From assembly GCA_977030845.1 (NCBI GenBank), contig OZ365112.1, forward strand, positions 12,586,001-12,650,000: DNA of 64,000 nucleotides, in the 5' to 3' direction. This DNA is from Fimbriosthenelais zetlandica (lineage: Eukaryota). The number at the start of each line of letters is the position of its first letter. Positions within the stretch are counted from its first letter, which is position 1. Under the pieces are notes generated by a model. It made no database searches and had not been told where the DNA came from. It saw nothing but the letters and a program-made list of their open reading frames with translations. This document shows positions 49,247 through 64,000 of the stretch, piece by piece. The position numbers and the translations under genes were made by a program.

Positions 49247-52200
49247 TTACTGTGGTGGGGGTGGGGGTGGTACACCTAAAGGAATACCCCCAGGCATGTT
49301 CATACTCATGGCTTGATGGTCGGCCCCGGGAGGTGGTGGCGGTGGTGCGATGGGGTTGAAGCTATGTGGTGGGGGTGGTGGTGGGGCACCGTTGGGTCCT
49401 GACATGGGTGGGGGTGGGGCCTGCTGCTGCCATGGCATCATGTTACCGGGAGGTGGGGGTGGCATCGGGGCGATGGGAGGCTGCTGCCATGGAGGCATGG
49501 ATCCAGTCAGAGAGGGTGGAGGTGGTGGCGGCATACCTGAAAAATGAAGTACCAAAATTAGTCTACATTTTCAAACAAAATATTAAACAAAGATTAATTT
49601 AAAATTGAGAAAATTATGATCGCGATATATCGGTTCTCCTTGAGTGAGATGCATTGAAGTTACTGTTGGATGTTTTTTTAATCACACAATATTTCGAGCT
49701 GGCTTGTAACGTTTTTCATCAGGGATTAATTTAATTTCAAAATTCATAACGAAATGCCGTATAAAAAGAAGCCTACCCATCGGTTGCTGCTGTTGTTGCC
49801 ATGGGTAGCTGGGAGCGGATGAGGTGGGCTGTGTTGGTGGTGGTGGAGGCGGTGGTGGCATCAATGGTGGAGGCATTCCTAGAAAACAAAACAGACAATA
49901 TTATTATCTTTATCACCCAATGCAAAGCTAAATATCTATCATTTAAAAGTATGAAAATCTTAATATTATTTTATCTGGGCACTAACTGTCAGGGGAATAT
50001 CAAATGTAATATTTTTCGTTTCATTTTTAAGAATAGGTTGCAGTCACAGCTGTCTTACAAACTTGAATATATCGATTTATGGTAGAGATAAAGTGATAAA
50101 GTAAAACTGACCCTGATTATAGTTGTGGGAGCTGGTGACTGTAGGTCCTGAATTAGGCATGGAGTTAGCCATGGAGACCATCTGTTGCCATGGAGGGGGT
50201 GGCATGGCGGCGGCCGAGGAGGCTATAGGTGGGGGAGGAGCCACCATGGGCGGGGGCTGCGACATGCTTGGTCGATGCTGGTTAAGGCCCATCAAGGTGG
50301 GCGGTTTGTTGCCGTTAGTGGGCGGGCCTTGATTTGGGTTACCTCCCTGGTGCCACGGGGGCGGCGCTTGCAATTGTTGCTGCTGCAAATAACAGAGAAA
50401 ATCAAATCATGAAAACAGGAACGATGCATGGAAGTCTGATTGTTAAAAAAGAAGATAATACATTTATGTGTATTTTTACAAATTTTCTATTTATACAAAA
50501 TATTTGTAGAAGATTCAATGAATATTTTGTAGTGAGGAACTGACCATAGACTGGGGAGGAGGACTAGTGTAGGATGGACGATGTGGTTCTTGTTTGGGCG
50601 GTGGTGGGCCTTCACCCAACTCAGCCATCAGAGACATGTACTGAAAACAAAGAATATACGCTATTAAGTACAAAGTGACTCAAATATATTCTCATCTTTG
50701 ATCTTTCCTATCGTACAAACTATAAAGATTGAGATAACTCCAGTATTTACCTCGCTGTCCATTTTGGCTTTGTCTACCGCTGACTGTTGCTGTATAGCTG
50801 CTCTGATGGTGTCGCCTGGACGCTTCTGTTTACAATCCTGGGCGATATGACCCGTACCTCCACACAAGGTACAGATGATAGTGTTAGTGACGATACTCTG
50901 AGCCTGCTGGAGCTGCTTCAGCTTACTGCAATCACAATACATGGAGGTGAAAATTATAATACACCACGTGGAATAATATGGCCAAGAAAACTATACTAGG
51001 AAACACTGGTGATCTATGCAACAATATGTTCAAGAAACCAATTTTTAATGAATTAAAATTTCTGTAAAATAAATGTATTTTGTACCTGAGTCCGTCATTT
51101 TCTCTCAGGGTTCCGTTGAGTAGAGCGAGTTCTCGCAGCTGTTGGCGCCGTAGATCATTCTGGCCTTCAGGCACCTCTATACCTTGCCGGATAATCTCTT
51201 TAATCTTCTCCACCGCTCGCTTCACGTTCTCTGGGTTATTCGCTGTAACGTAAGCATGCAGGGGTTCATCCTCTCCAGGCAGAGGCTGGCCGTCTTTTCG
51301 ACCGATCTTTCCTTCCTTGACCGAACCCTTTCCCCTGATGATGATCTTGGCACCAGTCTGCGAATAAATAAGAATTTAGAAATTTAGAAGTGTCAAAAGC
51401 ATTTACTTAATACCTTGGATAGTATGAATTACAATTCGAACTGACTTAGGCTAAAGGAATTTAGTCAAGGCATCTCTTCTCACCTCCTTTTCCAGGTTCT
51501 TTAATGTATTTCCTCGTGGACCGATAAGCAGGCCAACAAAGTTGATATCAGGATGTTCTTCCTGGGGAATCATAACTTTGTCACTCACTCGGATTACTGG
51601 TGGCCTAAAGGAAGGAACATCTCAATGTTAAACATCAGAAGACTTCATAATATGAATTCCTTTGGTGAAATATGAATTATATAAAAGTCTTTTACGAAGA
51701 TTGTCTTCTTTAAATATCATTTTAAAACAGAAATATAGAGGACAATGAGACTTACTTATAGTCGGCCGGGGGCTTGTACTCAGTGTTTAGGGAGGAGGCT
51801 TTGACTATCAGGTTATGCCTCTCTTCTTCTAACCTCTTCCTGGTTCTGTACTCGCGGGTGTTTAACCTTTTCCCCTCACTATTGTAGATGGGTTCAGGGG
51901 AGGGCGATCTGCATACAACAAGGATTTAACGGTTAACACCTACAGTAAACCTGACCCCAACAGGTCAGGATTCTACACTCTACACATAGACCACTGCACT
52001 TGAGATTTCTCCATTTGAGTCGCTTCCTTATATTTTTGAGATTTTTGTCAGAAATTCTCGGCCAAAAGTACGCGATTTCATCACGATATTAGGATCATTT
52101 ACGGCGTGGACAATCTGTACAAGATGTAAATCAGATAAAATTCTTTAATGGAGCAAATGCTCTTCATTGGAAGATGTTTAAAGGAAAAATCGAAGAGAAT

Positions 52201-55200
52201 AAATTTTAGAGTATTCCGTGGAGATAGAGGGAAATCTGAAGTTCCATGGTTATCTATGACTGTAAATGATCTAATTTGCATGCATGAAAAAATACTAGAT
52301 TATATAATGGGTATATTAATTAATATATGGGGGAAAGGGAAATTATACTACAAATAGAAGGAGTTAAAGCTCCATGAGCTGCAGCCCCATCGTCTTCATA
52401 TCATTACACATGATTTACCACCTTTAGCTTTTCTACTTTTAAAAATTTTAACATTAAGTTCGACATAAATTTGATATTTCCAAGGAAAGCCTGTTGGTTT
52501 TTAGAAAGAGTTATTATGAACGCTGAACGCGTTATAACCAGGAACAATTTTCAATAGGCGTAAACTAAGGAACAAGGAGATGTTAAGCAAACTGAGTATG
52601 GAATAATGCGGTGCCGAGAGGCTGACATTCTAGAGAGATGTTTTAGACTGTGGGCTCTAAGCCGGGCCTAGGACCCCGTGCCAAAAAAATATAAAAATTA
52701 ATACATAAAAGTGATTCAACATAAATTTTCTGAATAAAGAACAAGGGTGTCATGTGCATGTGGGTAGCTACACCTAAGTTATGCCTAACTCTGGTCTCCC
52801 AAAGTCAAAATGGAAAGAATTATTTTAGTAAATCATTCTGGAGGAAGGAAAGAGAGAAGAGTTGCAAATTTTGAGCCACATGATCACCATTAAGAAAGTA
52901 GGGAGGGAATGTAAAGAAAAGTTAATAAATTTGATCAGCTGGATGGTACTAGATCACCTAGTGGATGGTGTACCATTTTTCAAATCCGCTGAAAATAATT
53001 TGATGCGATTACAATGAAGTGACAGGGACTACTTTTGTGAATACTTTAGGTGAGACTAGATTAATATCTGAATATGATTAGAGAAGGAATTATTTGACAT
53101 AGAAAACCAATTGCAAAGGTACGATGAATTACATGTATGATGCCACTAAGGAAAGTGCAGAGAAGGGGCCGATTAGAGCATGCTTCTGTGTAGTGAACGA
53201 TTTGAGGAGCGCCTTATAGAGAACGGTTGACATTGTGACAATGACAACTAGAGTAACTCTTGTATAAATACGGTAGATTTGCTCAAACAAGGTGAGCTAG
53301 GAAAGCAAGCTAAATCTGACTAGAAAGCAGTGATAAGCGATAGCTCTCATGCCCAATGTATAATGTCACTTGTGGACATGTCTGAGAAAGGGGGTAATGA
53401 AAGCTTAATACTCCAGCTTTCAGTAAAATTATCATTCATGCAATAGAATGCAGTGTATACTTTTTCTCTCTAAAAATTGAACTTTCAAATTGTTACAAAA
53501 GTAGACACATGCTGAGCACGAAAATAACACGGGTATATCTTCAATAAATGTCTCATAGATTATGGTGGTGTCTAGTGATGTCTAGTGGGGTGTGGGAAGA
53601 TGGACATGAGGCTAGTCACTTAACCTATGCTTATAAGCGGACAATACTCTCTGGGTGTGAGATTGCAAAGATATAATCACACAGTATTGGGTTAATTTCC
53701 AATTAAAAAAAGACAACTAGTATTACCTAAAAATCCTACCCTGGTTATTTAAAAAACACTTTTTGATTCGGATTTTCTTTCCAAAGGCCATTGAGATTTT
53801 TAAAGCTAAATCCCCCCAACCCCAGGACTAATCTACGCGTTCAATGGGAAGAAAATGATTAGCTCTGTTTTAATCATAAAATCATAAATCGACCTGAAAA
53901 GTTTGATTACTGGCTGGATCCTGAAAATATCATTATTTTGGTTATACCATATCGAATAAAAACAAGAGAAGTTTAATAATTAGTTCCGAGTCAAATTTCC
54001 TAAAAAATCAACTTCTGTAGGATGTGGGGTTGACGGATCCGTATTAAAAGTGAGGAAACTGTGCTTAAATATGATTAGAACCCCAAGTGTCCTGTCACTA
54101 GATTTGTGTATAAGCTGAAAGTTATGATAATGTCAGGTCTCCATGGTAATTGGAACAAGGTCTGTTATTATAATATCGCGGGCAATCAAAATGACATACA
54201 GAACTGCACCCGAAAGACTTACCACTCGAATAAAAGATTATTATGTAAAGAAATCAAATATTTGTACAGTCCACAAGCATCACTTAAGCGGTGATGATGT
54301 TATATTTTGTGTTTTGGATGAGGTGAATCACAGTTCTTTGCCTCTGTTGAGTTGTGGCCCTCCGAACTATTTTGACAAACTGTTGACTGGACTTAGGACT
54401 GTAGTGACTGTCCATGCTTGACATAGTAAACAGTAGAAGTCACACACCTCAAAGCACCTACCCTTTTAAAATGAGTAAATTATTATGGAAGGAAAGAAAA
54501 AAACTATTAAACTATATCATACCTGGGGACCCCCATGTAACACGCTCATTCCTAGGCACCGTTTTGAAATAACTACCTCCAAACAAGTCAAAATGAAATG
54601 GACTGATTTTCAAAAATTTCCAGTCTGCGGGTATTAGCAAAATATTACAATTTAATTCCCTAATGACCCTCCGCCCCGAAAATACACTTTATGCATTTCT
54701 TCTATGCTGGATTACCTACGTCAGTAAGCAATTTTAGCAATTTAATTCTAAACTGAGATTGAGAGAAGTCCGAAATACACTGATTTTTTTTCTCTTGAAT
54801 AAGGAAAAGAAGTGACGTAAAGTGACTAATTTTGCTCATTGTTAAGAAGCCATGTTACATGGGGGTCTAGCTGCCGGGTGAAGTAGAGATGCTGTCTGCG
54901 GGTAGTAACCCTGGTAACCATGACAAGGTTGCCATAGAGATGGATGAGGATGAGGAGCATTAATTTACGAAGCTCTGGCTAGTCGCCATTGAACCAAACC
55001 TGTCTTCGGGGTTAGGTGGAATTCCTAGGTCGCCCGTTCTCAGTCTACGACTGATCTCCTCTATCTGCAGTTGCACTGGAACGCAATGGATTAAAATAGG
55101 AAACAAAGACATGGTTAATCCCGAGTTCACTCACGATACAGCAATCAAAGGCATGGGTACCGGCACCAATTTATAATTTTATCTTCAGATAACGACGAAT

Positions 55201-57402
55201 CCGATATCGAAAGTTTTGTCAAAAATAAAATCATTTTTAAATTGCGATTTGCGTGCAGATATTTTATGCTTTTCAAATAAATACATGGGGGACGGTTGTT
55301 TGATAGGTTGATGCCAGAATTTATAATGATTTTCTTATAAAAGGCCAAATGTAATTCCGTTAGGACTTTTGATGCAGCATCCAAAGTAATGTTATAGGTT
55401 ATAACGTGGCAACGGCTCCAGACTTCAGGCAAAAGTCACATTGCAGAGCCAATGCATATTGCAGACCCAATGCCCATTGTAGACCCAATTCCAAATCTAA
55501 TCTTCTCCAGGTTTCTCCAATACACAAACTTACTAATAGTATAAAAACAATTAATTTCCCAGTACCCTACACTCAAGTTATTGATCAATAAAGCCTAATA
55601 TCATCCCGTTTTTTCTTGAATAAAATTTCGGACAGAAAAAAATAAACTTGATATCTTTAGAAGGAATGCTGGTGCCGGTGATACAGATGCCCTGGAAACA
55701 TCTGCTAGGACTGGATGGATAGTGCTGTCACCTTGGCCAAAATGAATCTGGTGGGGGGTGGGTGGGGGTGTGTTGAGATATCAGATACATGATATATAAT
55801 AGCCTAAATAAGGTAGTTACAGCAATTGAGGTTTTGGAAAGACCCAGGACAAATTTAATCTGTAAGGGCATGTTCAACAAGTCCAGGCAGAGTTCCAACA
55901 ATAACAAACAGATAAATGAAATACATACTGTTTTAATGGGTGAGTACCAACAACATATATAAAGGCTGAAACTCTCAATATGTTGTGAATTTGAAGAAAG
56001 AATCTATTATCGTACATAATATAAATGACTGTAATCAGCAATATTTAGTGATAACTCTAATGAAACACATGGATACAACATTATCTCTTCCATCTTGCTG
56101 AAAGCTGATTATTTATTATGTGGAAAGAAAACTGGCATTACAATATCTAGAATTATTCTGCTGTAAATAACCACAATATTACCTTCACGTAGACATAGTT
56201 TTCTCAATCAAATAGCAAAGACAAAACCACAAGAGTACTTCCAACAAAACTAATTTCAAATTGAGTCAAAAGAACAAATGTATCAGTGTATCACCATCGG
56301 TGTATTAAAGAGGAAACTCAGAAAGAACTCAAATAATAACAAGATTTTATAACATCTGGGCAAGCAAATCTATCGGCTACAGATTTAACGGATGGCCAAC
56401 GTTAAACCCTTTCAACTGCACTGTATCAATAATGTACTATATTAAGGCCTATGTAGCAATAAATCTGAAATATGGGTCACCATTTAAAAGCTATTCACTT
56501 GATGGGATAGATGGTTAAGTTATCAAGTTAACAAATATCTTTATACATAAAATACTGTATAAAAAAGGTCAATGGTACTGAAAGAGTGCAATGAGTGTAT
56601 AATATATTAATCAGGTTCCCTAGGCTGCGTTCCCGACCTAATAGTACGAAGCACTACACTAAAAATAGGCATGAGAAGAATATAGGTGCATTTAAAGATG
56701 CATTGGAAGCACGGGCTTACCCCACCTTAGATTGATTCTAAGTGGAATTAACACACTCTTTGGGGTTAGAAACACCCACTTAACTTCCCAATTCCCCTTT
56801 ATGATTTATCATATCCCTCCCAAGCTCTTCTCTAAGACAGGACTATTATGGATACTCACCCAAATATTGTTCCTCCTGTTCCTTGCTGAGGCCAGTGGGA
56901 ACAACAGTTGGCATGCCCGGGATGAAAGCTTTTTCAGATTCATCAGTGGCCCAGCGGCTCCTCTTCTTCTTTTTGCGCTGATTTAGATCTGGAAATAAAC
57001 AATGATTGTAGCAGGATAACTTGACAAGACATGTCTTTCACAGACGGAATCAGTGACAGAGTCAGAGGGTCACACAGTTTGTCTATTTGATTTCGTCACC
57101 CAGGCTAAATAAATTGACCCAATAATTAATATACCACCTCTCGATTCCTTATAAAGTAACTCGATCGATTTATTTAAACTGAGCAAACTGCCATGGCAAA
57201 CACAATTATGACAATATTAAATATACAAGATTTTATTGAGTGTCACATTTGCTCCCCACCAGTGCACCACAATGGATTGGAATGCCTGCGGGCCGGTGAA
57301 TCAAAATAGGCCAATACACAAAGGCAAAGCTAGTCTAGATTAAACAAATTTTAAGGTAATGAGGGAATACATACCTAGCAATTCTGCTTCCCGCTTATTC
57401 AT
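49247..57402 (-). CDS. SF1: Splicing factor 1 / branchpoint-binding protein (KH-QUA2, zinc knuckle, Pro-rich tail)
   Basis: Minus-strand exons: 57375-57402, 56860-56988 (RKKKKRSRW ULM), 55000-55075, 51756-51908 (RSPSPEP), 51484-51604 (INFVGLLIGPRGNTLK), 51086-51357 (IIRGKGSVKEGK...RELALLNGTLRE), 50751-50925 (CTLCGGTGHIAQDC), 50545-50640, 50112-50382, 49777-49878, 49247-49536 (TAA). The frame is continuous. Confidence 0.96.
55440..55493. repeat. 18-bp tandem repeat x3 in SF1 intron 2
   Basis: ATTGCAGAGCCAATGCAT / ATTGCAGACCCAATGCCC / ATTGTAGACCCAATTCCA. Confidence 0.8.
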
Positions 57403-57816
57403 GGTGACTTCTGACACGATATCTTCCCGATAAAACTGTGTAAACTGTAAAAACAGGGTCAAAAATGAAGCTCTATCTGACGTGGGGACTTGAGAAAAGA
57501 TGGCGTCGGGTCGTGGAGGCCGTGACCTACTTTTGAAATATTGCCTCGAGATCGAAAAATAATCCCAAACTTTTACAAAATGTAGCTTTGAGACTCTTAC
57601 AAATAAGATAAACTAATATAATATTTTTTGATTTAAGTTTACGAATATTTAAAATAGTTCTCAGCGTTTGAGAAGTTGTAATCTCCTAAAGCATCTGTTC
57701 TTCGAGGCAAGCAACATGGACATGTGCCGTACTTTCCCTGTGACAAGTCTGGAAAGTTTCTAGGCAGTGTTTCAAGGCATTCTATGATATATATTCTATG
57801 TCATCAGTAGGAAAAG
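57403..57816. promoter_or_regulatory. Putative bidirectional promoter, SF1 / POLR3A
   Basis: Start codons are 414 bp apart on opposite strands; CpG-containing patch with AAGATGGCG at 57497-57505. Confidence 0.65.
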
Positions 57817-63981
<6,165 letters not shown>

Positions 63982-64000
63982 GTAAGCTAAACACCAGGAA

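Noticed and set aside
49350-50543. Gly-rich + strand ORFs
   Set aside because: Antisense shadows of the Pro-rich SF1 exons.

Overview
AT-rich animal (probably invertebrate bilaterian) genomic DNA carrying five spliced protein-coding genes. Two head-to-head pairs are present. The first is calcineurin A catalytic subunit (minus strand; exons 1-4 in the window, the rest beyond the left edge) opposite POLG2 (+, complete). The second is splicing factor 1 (SF1, minus, complete, 11 coding exons) opposite POLR3A/RPC1 (+, 21 coding exons, running off the right edge). Between POLG2 and SF1 is an apparently intact, unnamed secreted modular gene: signal peptide, two copies of a ~105-aa domain I cannot name, linker, EGF lacking Cys3, and sushi. 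The large calcineurin introns (about 1-38 kb) hold no long ORF. By-eye translation instead shows many heavily decayed fragments resembling DIRS/Ngaro tyrosine-recombinase retrotransposons and Gypsy LTR elements. Every fragment I could recognise lies on +, antisense to the host gene. These transposon calls are motif-level matches in stop- and frameshift-ridden sequence and need a profile search to confirm. Also seen: a TA-flanked pogo/Tc2-like MITE, a ~25-bp minisatellite, GA/G-rich tracts, YY1-like motifs at both divergent promoters, and candidate poison exons in SF1 intron 3. No tRNA, rRNA or CRISPR array is supported.
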